A DNA stretch of 62,186 bases, filler included, from Choristocarpus tenellus KU-1152 (lineage: Eukaryota; Protista; Phaeophyceae): NCBI GenBank assembly GCA_964200185.2. It is 11 parts of 11 records of this genome, joined end to end, with 100 filler letters (N's around TTAATTAATTAA, not from the genome) between each part and the next. Parts side by side here need not be neighbours in the genome. Positions count along the whole stretch, not along the records: positions 31,389 to 48,122 come from CAXNAD020000781.1; 10 more parts are not named here. One strand, written 5' to 3'. The notes under the pieces are model-generated. The model did not search any database. It saw only the letters and a list, made by a program, of their open reading frames with translations, and was not told the DNA's origin. Positions 36,601 to 48,222 of this stretch are shown one piece after another (the first letter of the stretch is position 1; the number at the start of each line of letters is the position of its first letter). The position numbers and the translations under genes were made by a program.

Positions 36601-39600
36601 TGTACACCAAGTACAGAAACTTCGCCCAGCCTGTGGGGTCAGACAGATTCTACGATTTTCTGCCATACCCAGACCAGGTCCACCAACTGTTGGGACCTGT
36701 CCAGTCCTCGGCTGAACAGGTACAAATTGTTTTGAGTGAAAAAATAAAATAATTCGCATCCGAAATTTAAAAAGCTTGAAATTTTATATTGACTCAACTC
36801 AACTGTGGGTGCATGAGGCTTAGCAAGAGAAGCACTCTGAGCGCTGAGTGATATGTAGTGCTTTGAGGGAAAAGGCCCCCCGGGTGGTGAGGGGTCACGC
36901 TAGAGGCATGAAATTTGCCTACTATACTCTTTTCAGTGCTCTATTCCTGTTGCCAGGAGCTTGTCGCACTGCAATATCTGAGGTGGACTTTAATACTGCT
37001 CATCTCTTGCTCAAGCAAGACTGAAGACTGAGGGGGTGAGGGATGACTGTGAAGAGCAAAGACGAATATATCACTATCTCCATACAGCTCTATCAGCACA
37101 GAATTCTTACGGCGACACTAGAGGAGAGAGGGTACACACGCATACAAGAGAACACAGGCCCTAAAGAAAAAAGAAATTAATAGTGAGAAATAGGATCAAT
37201 GATGTAACCACTGCCCAAAAATAAAAAGTATGATGACTAAATAATAAAACTCTCTTGGTTATGAACTCGGGCAGCTCTCAACAAAACGAACCAAGGCGGT
37301 TGTTCACAGCACTAACCCTAACCCTAAACGCTAGATATTTTCTGAAATTTCTAGGCCACGGCCATCAGGGATCGCATCCTCACTGGATCAGGTCCGCCCC
37401 GTGACCATGTTAGTGCTTATGTGAACGAGGGCGAAGCAGTTTGATTCTATCGCAACTACTCAAAAAAAACGCCTCCTGAAAGCAATACTCCAGAGCAATA
37501 CTCCAGAGCAAAGCGTATCAAAAACGCAGTTATTCCCGCTTGTATACAGGACAATAAAACACTGGCGAGGATCAGAATCTGTCCTCTCATCTCATACACT
37601 TCTCTGCCAAATGCGATTGAATTGAATAGCTACAGCAAAGACCAGACGTGGGCTCTGGTCCCCAGGTTCAGCAGTTACACTGTACTAACGAAGGGCTACC
37701 GCATGGTATTCCTATGAACAAGGCAGTCAGGCAGTCAGGCAGTCAGGTAGTCAGGTCACTCACGGTAATGCGCTGGTCGGGGTTATCGATGTCTTTACCC
37801 ATCTCAATGGTGTAGTATGCCCCACTTTGCAGGTAGCCGTGTATGATTCGCCTGTTGTTCAGAGGTATACATAGCCAGGAGACAAAAGGATTTGAGAGGC
37901 TCATGGGCAATGAGCGGAGTGCCAATATACTTGCCAGGCATGTGAATGGAAAACATCAAACATCCCAGGGTGCTAAATGCAAATGCGCAACGGATAAAAG
38001 TTGGGCTAGTTAGTTCAGATATTTTAGATCTTCTCGTAGTATTTTCCTATTTTTCAAATATCCATAGACCTAGGTAGGTGTAAAGCCCCACAGAAAATAT
38101 CAGAGCAAAGTTTAGAGACAGGACGTGCTAACAAAAAAAATAGTAGTATCAGTGCCAACAAACAAAAAAATGGCGCAAGGAGTGGACATAGTTCCAGAGG
38201 ACAAAAGAGAAGAAAAAAAAATCACGAGCAGTAGGAAGGCATATTTCACAGAAAATTAAAAAATTAAAAAAACGGTTGAGCAACCGGCTGGAAAAAAATA
38301 ATAACTAAAAATAATAGTACCTAAAATAAAGATTTGTACGAAGGGAGAACAAACGCAACATATATATATATATATATATTTATTGTTTCTACATTTTGGG
38401 CCATCATTTTTTTTTGTTTAAATCAAAAAAGGAAAGAAGGGCAACTACTGCTGCAAAGGATCGTCATTGTTGAGAGACACAGTCCATGTACTCGTGTCAA
38501 AACAGTGGCTTGCAGTTCGTACTATTCATTCGGTGTGTGAAACCAAAATACATGTAAGAAGTAAGAAGCAGAAGGAAGCAATGTAGAGGACAAGGAGTCA
38601 GTTGTTGTTACCACATGAGGGTACGAGACAAGGGGAGTGGCGGAGATGAGCAAGTACGCCTGCTCGTTTACAACAGAATGGGAACTGAAGGCTGACTTAA
38701 GAGGTGCAACATTTCAACGGATGAGTGGAACAAAAACCAACTGCCAACGAACTGATGACAAAAGAAGGTAGGAAAAGGCTGCACTCATAGACAAGATCAG
38801 CTCACTTCATTCTAAGCAGCGTAGAAGAACATACACAACCTTCTGAAGACTTAAAGAGAACATACACAACCTTCTGAAGACTTAAAGGGATCATCATAAC
38901 TTTCTAAACCTGCAGCAGGCAAGTAACCGCTTGGGTTCTTGTGGTGTCCTCTGCACTAAACCAATTACAGTAGTGCGAACCATAGGTTGTCGTAATATCG
39001 CCCCACACTTGCTAGGGCGCACAGGCACACCCAGGACAATGCACTGCCTGCATCACAGAAAAAACTTGACATTTAAAGTGTAGAACACAAAAACTAATTT
39101 TCCGGCCAACGGGTGCTACAGACCAAGGGTGTGCTTGGAGTACAATGGACATCACAAAATGGTTTTGACATCAAGAGCAACTGCAGACAAACTGCTGCCT
39201 TGGTATTGAACATTGCAGTGCAAATCAACCCTAAAGTTGTCCTGGATACTGGATGATGGTAGGGTCAAATATGGTTGAAAGTTCAACAGTAACTCTGTTA
39301 TTGAGCATTACATTGCCCTGAGTGCACAAACATGTATAAAGGGTTAGACAGAATCTAAGGCATCAGCAGGTTGTAAACCAGTGCTCTGAAACCGATAAAC
39401 AGGTAATCATGCAGTCTTCTTTCAACCTACAGTCCTTGCCACCCTCCAAACAAAACGTATCCCTAGCATGATAGAATGCCTTAGTTCTAAATCACAGCAA
39501 GTATGAGGGACATGCACACATGCTCGCTGCACAACTGTGTCACAAACACTCCGGAATAAGCACACAGCATATGGAGAAAGTATGGGTTCCCCCCCACATC

Positions 39601-40855
39601 CAAATCCACCTTGACTGCACCTCACCGGTTGTATTACATTACAACATTGGGTGGGGTACAATAATGCGACTTTCTCACTCCAACTTGGTTGGGGCCTATG
39701 GGATATCCCGTCTGAGGCACTCACTATGCATCTATGCCATTTGCAAAAGAAATAGTTGACATTCCACTAAAGTGGTGCAGGCAATACAACATTGATTGCC
39801 ATACTTGATCCATAACATTGCAAGTAGTAAGTCCAACAATATTATTCACTCCAATCGCCGCACTCATTCTTGGATCACAAGCAATTACAAAAGATCACCA
39901 ACTTCGAGGGAACATGTCTCAATAACGGAAAATCTGCTAAAGTCACCTTGTTAGATGATCTCGCCACCTCAAAGCCACCCTGTCTTTCGCATAATCCTGC
40001 AAGGCCACTACCGGAGCGCCGACAGCCATGGCGACACCGAATAGGCCAAGCAGCCGACTGAATCCCTCTGGTTCGTTCGAGCTCAGGGAATCCCAAAACC
40101 TCGCCCCCAAAAAGGAAAAAACGATGCTAACGCCACACGTCGCAAGCGTCAGGGTCAGCAACACCAAAAGCTGAGGTGCAGTCCAATTGGGAAGGAGAGG
40201 CCAGGGAATAGAGGGGTAAGGATAAGAGTTCAGAAAGTTTGAGAATGCTACATTCTTTTCATCAATTTGTATCGAGAGATTGTGCGACCTTGGGGCTGTA
40301 TGAGTTGACCAAATACGAGTAAATCATCACAGATTAAGCCTCTGGCCTTCCCACTTCCAAAAGAAATCCCCATGGGCTGTACACCTGCAGAGACAGTCCC
40401 TCCATCTCTCCGCAGGACCGGCAGATCTCAAAGAGCGTTGATAAGCCCCTCAAAACATCGTTTCTGGTTCCTTCCACTGCAGAGCGCAATATATAGAGCT
40501 TGAGCGACAGCCATCGCAAAGACTTACGTCGCCACCACCATATTCCCTTTCCACTTTCCACCCCGATTCTACCATTTTTCCCTGAAAAGCAAGAATTGTT
40601 GCCCATTGCTCCTTCCAACTTCTTCTTTTCATCTTCACTCTTCAGATTGGCCTGTTTTTGGTAGCCATGCCCTCCTCTCAGCAACACAAAATGTCGACAC
40701 AGAGTTGTACCATCAGGGGGTTCAAGTCCATACTTGATTACCAAGGATCCCAGGTCTCTTTGCGAGGGCCCACGACCTCCTACTAGTACTTTGCTTAGGC
40801 AAGGTTGAACGTTTCCAAACAGTAATGCCACGGCAACCACAGAAGGGACGAACAT
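33697..40855 (-). CDS. ABC transporter subfamily D / YddA-like, N-terminal half (exons 40855-40385, 40170-39947, 37851-37764, 33897-33697)
   Basis: Phase-compatible GT-AG junctions give ...FSFLGARFWDSLS...LRWRDHLTR-RIIHGYLQSGAYYTI..IDNPDQRIT-EDVEEF...LIDLLGFALVLLWI...LGHRLVGLNMGQ. IDNPDQRIxED is the ABCD membrane-domain signature. The N-terminus is hydrophobic. Confidence 0.9.
34600..35250 (-). mobile_element. Possible Copia integrase relic (intronic)
   Basis: MIVANCLPQSKVP...TTPCSTGFYG...GRFLLCY loosely follows the Copia ARCLL.QSKLP / TP.E.FYG / G.FLGY motif order. Confidence 0.35.
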
Positions 40856-43681
40856 CAAGGTGATAGTATGGGTGTTGAAGAAGGAAGAACAACATCATCA
40901 ACAGGATGGGATCGTTTGGGATGCCTACATGCACATGCCTTAACCGTTTTACAAAAGTAAGGCATAGTAATGTACAAAAATTACATACTCTAAAAGTTTG
41001 AAACTATCAAACATTTGACCTCACATACTACTTGAAATGTATTAAACATGTCCAATCCCCCTTGGTGTTCCCCTCATAAATTTCACTGGTTTGCACCCCT
41101 TCTGCGCCCAACCTCTTCTCAAGAAGATTTTATCTCGTTTATCCAATTCCACAAAGTAAGCACAAGAGATTATACACCACCAACAAGAAGAGGTTTCAAG
41201 GACTAGAAATATGGCACAGTGTACATCAATAAAGTACAAGCTAATAATGCTGTGAAGGATAGTCAAGTGCATAAATGGATCGGTGAATTGTAACATTAAA
41301 TGTCAGCTGTGATCCATTGGTCTAAATCGACTAACCAGGTCCATTCAAGCGGGGTGTCACTCAGTCCATACATAATACGGCTATAATCGGAACCCCATAT
41401 TTTGTCCGTAAGTCACAACAGTTCGCCCAGAAGGAACTGCTCAGTATGGCAATGACGCAGTCGGAACGGGTCTGCTAGATGTCGGTCGCGAACAGCAGTT
41501 CAATCAAAACAAGTGCCTCCAAGAGAACCTTTCGCTCCGTATGTTCAACTGTATGTCTCAGGTAGATTTCTCAAACACCGAAAGTCGTTGTGATTATTTA
41601 GTCATGAAGTCTCGACTTCCTCTCATCAAAACTCTTAGTGCCCACTTCACATTCAGTGATTTGCTCCTTCCCACTCCAGTGATTCTGTTGATAGCTTCCT
41701 CGTTACCCAGTTTAGTATGTCTTGATGGATGAGGTGGTACTTGAATTGAATACATACATCTCATTTGTAACATTCCGACCTCAATCAATACTGGGCTGAG
41801 GTTGGGACTAATGCCTAAGCAAAATTGCATTTGGTCTAAGAGCTGAGCATTGGCAGAAAATATTTCTCCCTACTCCAACTGCCTTGCTGTATCAAATGAA
41901 GCAATGTCCACACCCTCTCCTAGAGTGTACTATATATAGGTGAGGTCTTAGATTAAGGGAAGTTGAACAATGGCACCAGATCTGGGCAGCTAATAACATA
42001 GCGGGAGAGCACAGCAGTTGTATTTTCGCTAACAATAAGCCTGACGTGGGGAAGAGTAGTGCCTCGTTTAGAGAGAAAGTAGGGGAATGACATCCCAACA
42101 ATTATATTATGCAACATACATAATATTGAAGTACAAGAACAAAGTGGCACCATTGAGAAAGGAGACTTCTTTAGAAATCTGCAGAATAACCACCCCCCTC
42201 AAAACTAGAGTCCAGCCTGTACCAAGGTTGGCCTCCTTGCATGTCTACACAATGGCACATACACTGGTATGCACACATCTACACGCACATGCACACATGG
42301 TCACAAAACATCGCAATGTAGCACCTACACACAATGCATGTACACACGAACATCCAAGAGTTACAAAAAATAATGGGTATAACGAACTTCACTGTAATAA
42401 TGCAGAAAAAGGTACGCCATCAAACCAGAAAAAAATTATGTAGAAATTCACAACAAAGAAGGATGTATTGGGAAAATGGGGGGAGCAGACAATTGCCAAC
42501 AAGAGAATAGCAACAAGGAAGAGAACTCTATTAGCTGTGGCAAGGACATTGGGCACACGAGAGCATGCAATCCAAATTGCACTCAAAACAATAGTAGCTG
42601 CAAGGAGGCACGGAGTGTTGAACCCTGACTGTATCAAGGTATCAAGCCGTGTACTCTGGCCATCCAATAACTACAGATACATTTTGCCTCAAACACAAAG
42701 TGTAGGCGGCGCACAGTGTAACCACAGCACCCTCAGCATGCTAGCTCAAGGCTTGCACATGTACCTACAGGACAGTGCAGAATAGGCATGGGATTGGGTT
42801 GGAGGCGACTTGTTCATGTTTCATGAATACAATTGCAAAGCTTTTTAGAGGTGAAGTATCAACTACTACTATAACACCTAAAGGAGAAAAAAGTCCTGTT
42901 CTCACTAAAGATGGACGTTGCATATTTCAGCAATCCAGAGAGACTACACCATGAGGTAGTTTAATGTGTCATTTAAAGAGTAATCTGGATTAAGGGAATT
43001 GCCCACAAATTAGAATCCCTTCAATGTATGGCATTGATTCTTGGCAACAACCGCTCATGATATCCTGGCTATAGATGAACTACTGCCCGATAAGTGGCAC
43101 TATATCAGTACAAATGTTGACTTCTGGATCATTTCTTGGGATAACTACAAAAAAATAATACCCTCATCGCCCAAATCTGACTAACGCAAAGAGTGTATCC
43201 AAACCTATCTCAAGAATATTTTCTTTGCATGCACATATGCCCCTGTCAAATGCTACCAAGTCAAATTTGCTTTAAAAGGGATAATTCCTTCTGTTTGAAA
43301 CTTGGGTTGCATTGTGTAAATCAAAAGAAAAGTCAATTGCACTCACTTGAAAATTGTCTTCAACACAGCCTTACTCCTCCTCTCTGTGCCCACAAGCACA
43401 CTATCATCTTCCGGTAAGATGAGAACCTGTGAAGGGAAACTATAGTACAGTCATACAAGATTTCATTCAGGAGAGGGAATGGAAGTCCATGGGCAAACAA
43501 GTTCCACTTCATCAAACCACCATCAAACCATTATCACTTTCACAAGGATGTCTTGAAGGTCGACGATTTTACTGCCAGAAGGCTTGCCACTAAACTATGG
43601 TGAAAACTCAGCAGTCAGCCAACTTGGGTCTTCCCCAGCCCACAGAAGCTTTTCAAAACTTCAGGGTAGCCAAAGCAAGAA

Positions 43682-43938
43682 GAGTGAAAGTATCTTAGTG
43701 GCTACGAGTTTTGCCCTGTTTGTCCATTTGGGGCTTGACTTCCCTCAGGGTTTTTATGACATTTTCCTACTCCAAATATTTCGGAGTAGGAAAAATGCAT
43801 ATGTTATGAAAAGGTGTGTCCGCAACAAGGATGTTGACATTTCCTAACAAACACGATAGTCAAAATTACATCAAAATCGCAACATTGGATTTTGGCCCCC
43901 AAATGGACGTGGCTCTACCCTCTAAGATACTTTGACTC
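43682..43938. mobile_element. MITE family B, TSD AGAA
   Basis: agaa|GAGTGAAAGTATCTTAG...CTAAGATACTTTGACTC|agaa. Confidence 0.9.
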
Positions 43939-44025
43939 AGAAAATAATATTGAGATAGTCGCCTCTCCTATGTTAAACATCATCACTCATTAAGCACCTG
44001 GAATACTGTTGTCGTCTCTGTTTAA

Positions 44026-44285
44026 GAGCCAAAATATCTTAGAGGGTAGAGCCGCGTCCATTTGGGGACCAAAATCTAATGTTGCGATTTTGACGTAATT
44101 TCTCCCATCGTGTTTGTTAGCAAGTGTCAATATTCTTGTTCCAGACACAACTTTTCATAATATATACATTTTACCTATACCAAAACATTTTGGAGTAGGA
44201 AAATGTCATTAAAAAAAACTATGGGAAGCCAAGCCCCAAATGGACAAACAGACCAAAACTCGTACCCTCTAAGATACTTTCACTC
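44026..44285. mobile_element. MITE family B, inverted relative to its neighbour
   Basis: GAGCCAAAATATCTTAGAGGGTA...TACCCTCTAAGATACTTTCACTC. Confidence 0.9.
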
Positions 44286-44840
44286 TAAGATGGTTGAACC
44301 AGCAGGGGCATGTGTGAGGAGTATACCCTATTAAACACCAAAGATGTGCCATATTGAGTCAACAGAACATTTTGCTGTGCAGTAACCCCTGCCCCCTCAT
44401 TCTTTTTTCCATCTATTCGTCATGATAGTACTGCGTGTTTTCTTCAAAAGTGGGAAAGTATTGCTACCCATTCACTGTACTCTGGAATATGGGAGGGTGA
44501 CCCCCGTCATTGGCTATCTCAGACCCTGCTCCTGAGTCAAACCAACTAAAAAGTAGGCAGAGTGGCATTGTAAAGATACCAAGAAAGGTAAAAAACATGC
44601 CATTTTGAACAGTTGCAGAAAGAATCTTTGCTGAAATGTGGTTTCAGTTTGTTTGTGCGAAGGGGGAATATCAATTTGCGAACACTATTATACACATAAA
44701 GAAATAGAATAGAGGGCACTTTGATGTATTGCACAGGGTACGAAAGGTGGCTTAGAGTGCATAAGGGTCCAAACCCACCTATTTCTAAATTGGTTTGACT
44801 CTCCTATCCTCGGTACTCTTCTACTTATACCCGGCCTTAC

Positions 44841-47818
44841 CAGGAGATAGAAGTCCTTCTGGGATGGAAAGGCCCCCACCCTATGCTTTACAAGGATCTC
44901 CTGTACAACAGGGTTCCCAGCAAGATGGTCTGATGATGTCTGCCTCCACTCGATCACAACTCCACCTGTTTGCTCCCCTTTTGATGTATTTTCTACGCAG
45001 TGAATGTACTTTTCATCCCCTGTGTCTGACTCTTCCTCCTTGCTTATGCCCCACAAGTAGTACTTGGGTCGGGAGGATTGGGTGCGAGCATGGAAGCCAG
45101 GCAGGCCAGGTTCATTTGCAGGCAGAAGTTTTATTGACCTTCAAACCAGAGTATCACAGCGAGGGGTGGGAGAGGAAGTGCTTGGTGTAGAAGGGATATG
45201 GCGGAAGATGATTTTAAATCTGCACCTAAGTCTTGTATGATCTGAGAGAAACTAGGAAGGGTTGTGGGCTAAACTCTTGTTCTTGCCACTTCTTATCAAT
45301 CCTTCGAATGTTCAGTTTGTTGGTGGGCCTGTCAAAGCAGGTTAGGGGGTGGTGAATCTGCCCAACCTTTTTAATATTTCCCCCTCGTTTTGGTAGAACC
45401 TCAGGGTTCTGTTCACAACAAATGGTCTGCGGTGGCAATTCACCTACAGGACCGGCAAAGGGGAAGATAAGAACGGGGAAGGGCAATGGACATAAGGTAG
45501 ATCATAAGCACAAATATGATTCATTGAATGTCCTGCTATGTATATGATTGGAGAGCAGTGTGCCCTAACATCTATGTTATTGGCTTACCTTTCTTTGCTC
45601 AATGTTGTCATTTTGATTGGCCGCACAATAGTTTGATTATTTGGGTTTACGTTCATCTTACAAATCCGTCCTTCATGTGTGTGTGACTTACTACTCTATC
45701 ATCTCTTTCTGATTGGGGCCGTCAAGTCCAATTTCTTCTGCTATTGTGGAGTCCACGGCAAGTTCTGAGGCAGGAACCGGCATGGAGGGGTCTATTGCAT
45801 AAACATATCCAGTTCTTAATGCGTTCTCCTCCCCACCTGCATCATGTTCACCACATGTCCATGAGAAGCCGAGATAAATGAAACTACACAACATCTCTCT
45901 GCCTCTTCCACCCCTCCTCCCCTTTGTCCTCCCTCAGTCGGTCCCACAGGAGACCCAGCCCCTGTTTCTAGGCAAAGGAACGAAAAAGGTATGTACACTA
46001 GTTCGTTAGCTGCCAGGGTAACCTGCACCCCTTGGGCAGGGTCAGTGTCGAAGAATTCTGCCTCCACCGGTTGGTCCCCAATCTCCCCCACACATGGCAT
46101 TACATGCCTGCTGGGCAAATATTGGGTTGGATGTGTGAGTGGATAAACAGCAGGGTTTGACTGACATCTAAGAGCATGTCCCATGTGAGATGGTGAAAAT
46201 TGATTTGAAGAGGAGAAATGCTGTGATTCACTCTTTGATTTCAGTGTTTGTCTCTGCTTGAGTCTGTGTTCTCCATCATGATAATAAAAGCACCAGTCAG
46301 TTATTTAAGAATAGAGTTAGGACATAAAAGATTGGGATGTATGATTTTGTTAGGACTTTGAAGTTCTTGTGAGGGAGATAGGCGGATGACTGAACAAATT
46401 CTTGATTGCTCCAATGGAAGAAGACCCTGAGGTTGGGTCGACCTGTGGGAGTTCCTCAAGAGTGTGATATGATTTCCAATTCATGATAGATGCAAAAGGA
46501 AGTAATGTATCATGAGTAGTGACTCGAGGATGATTTGCTGTGCTTAAATTATATTTCCCTTCCCCCCATCTATTACCCTTGCTCATGGACCTCCACTATA
46601 GCGTGGACTAATGCTAAGATAAATAAATGATAATTGTAGCGAAAATAGAGAACGAAAAAAAAGAACGTCAATCAAGTGTTGCGGATTATGAAAAACCAGA
46701 ATATAATGATAACATTAATGTTCCTAGTGATAAATAGTGACAGCAACAAAAATAATGATACTCCGGAGTATATAGTAACAACACAATTGAGGGGGTAGGG
46801 GGCATCCGTGAAAGGTATCGTATACATCAATACGATGGCCTACATGTTACTTGCCCCAGTTGAATGCATTTCTGCGCACCACCCCTTACTCGATTAGACT
46901 TGCCATTACTCTGTTGTGGGCACCACATGGACAACATCATAGGGGGCACCAGGCTCCCATTTGCAGAGATTGCTTGCCTTCTCAAGTGCCGCCACTCCTC
47001 CGACTTGGTGACAACCCTGAGTTGATGGTCATCAAGGTCAATGGTGAAGCGCTCCTCATGGTTGAACGGGTTTCTCAGGGGATGCTCGAAGAAGAGGGGA
47101 CTTAACAGGAGTATAACATCACCATCCAGAAGAGGGAAGAAGGTGGCACACACACAAGATATACGTTGGGGGCTATTTTTTGGATGGAGATGGTGAAGCA
47201 AGCAAGAGTGAATACTTTTGACTTGAAATTTGTCTGCCAAGAACATCGATCTATGATTGGTGAACCATGCCTGGCGCAGCAGATTTAGAATTCGCTTAAT
47301 ATACTTCATTTATATGTGAAATTGTTTATGTTGCCTTGAGTTAGGTGTACTAATCAACTGTTGAATGTTAGACCACCGCTATGAATTCATCGCAAGGATT
47401 TTTGTGGTTGTGTGGGAAGTGGACAATCATATACAAAAGGTTGTGTTTTTGTCAACCTTGCAGAGGGGTATATATATATTGTCCTCATTTATATGTTTTT
47501 GCCAAGGACCTCAGACCGGAGTGACTCTGGGAGGTGGCCAGTATACCCAATGCTCTCGAAGAAGGGTATATCTACTGCGGGTCCAACTCAGTGTGCATGT
47601 TTCATCACAAGATGATGCACATTTTGCGTGTAATCTACAACTTCTTTAGGCTCATGTGTACGTTGTTGTGTATAGCAGATTGTTGCACTCTGGAAAATGT
47701 TAACTTAATGTTCATTCTATTGTCATACCTTGCAAAGGAGAAAAACAGATTGTACTCTGTGGTGAGCGAGAATGCCAGGATGTGCCTCACCATTGACTTT
47801 TTTTGTCCTTCCCTATAC
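44841..47818 (-). CDS. NPHP4: Nephrocystin-4, internal exons 47818-47729, 47100-46978, 46107-45837, 45443-45367, 45138-44841
   Basis: Spliced: YREGQKKSMVRHILAFSLTTEYNLFFSFAS-PLFFEHPLRNPFNHEERFTIDLDDHQLRVVTKSEEWRHLRR-HVMPC..PVEAEFF..LAANELVYIPFSF..-VNCHRRPFVVNRTLRFYQNEGEILKR-SIKLLP..KYIHCVE..QEILVKHRVGAFPSQKDFYLL. This is collinear with NPHP4 motifs as I recall them (FFEF.LKNP, EWR.F, RFYHPE..LK..I.LP, P..KDF). Confidence 0.9.
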
Positions 47819-48222
47819 CTGGATACCATTGGTAGCGCAAAATGTTTCCATGAGAACATACAGACTTTCTTTGTGTTCATCCACCATATATAGTAGTCAA
47901 TAGGGAGGGAGAGGTTCATTAGAGAGAAAAGACATGCTGCACATGTCCAATTTAAAGGGCACTGTAGGATATGATGGATAGAGCTCTGGAGGTAAATGTG
48001 TAGTATCTGTATGCGTGCATGTATTGTGCGTATGCATTTATGCATAAAAGCAGACAACTTTGGGGTACATTGTAGAGCAGTCAACTTTTGAGGCAACACT
48101 GGCAGTTGCTCTTTAGACATTGNNNNNNNNNNNNNNNNNNNNNNNNNNNNNNNNNNNNNNNNNNNNTTAATTAATTAANNNNNNNNNNNNNNNNNNNNNN
48201 NNNNNNNNNNNNNNNNNNNNNN

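Noticed and set aside
38900-39800. Possible KDZ-type transposase relic in an ABCD intron
   Set aside because: Only scattered Cys/His fragments; too decayed to support.
45691-45830. Possible extra NPHP4 exon (YVYAIDPSMPVP...)
   Set aside because: The flanking exons already join in phase and restore NPHP4 collinearity without it.
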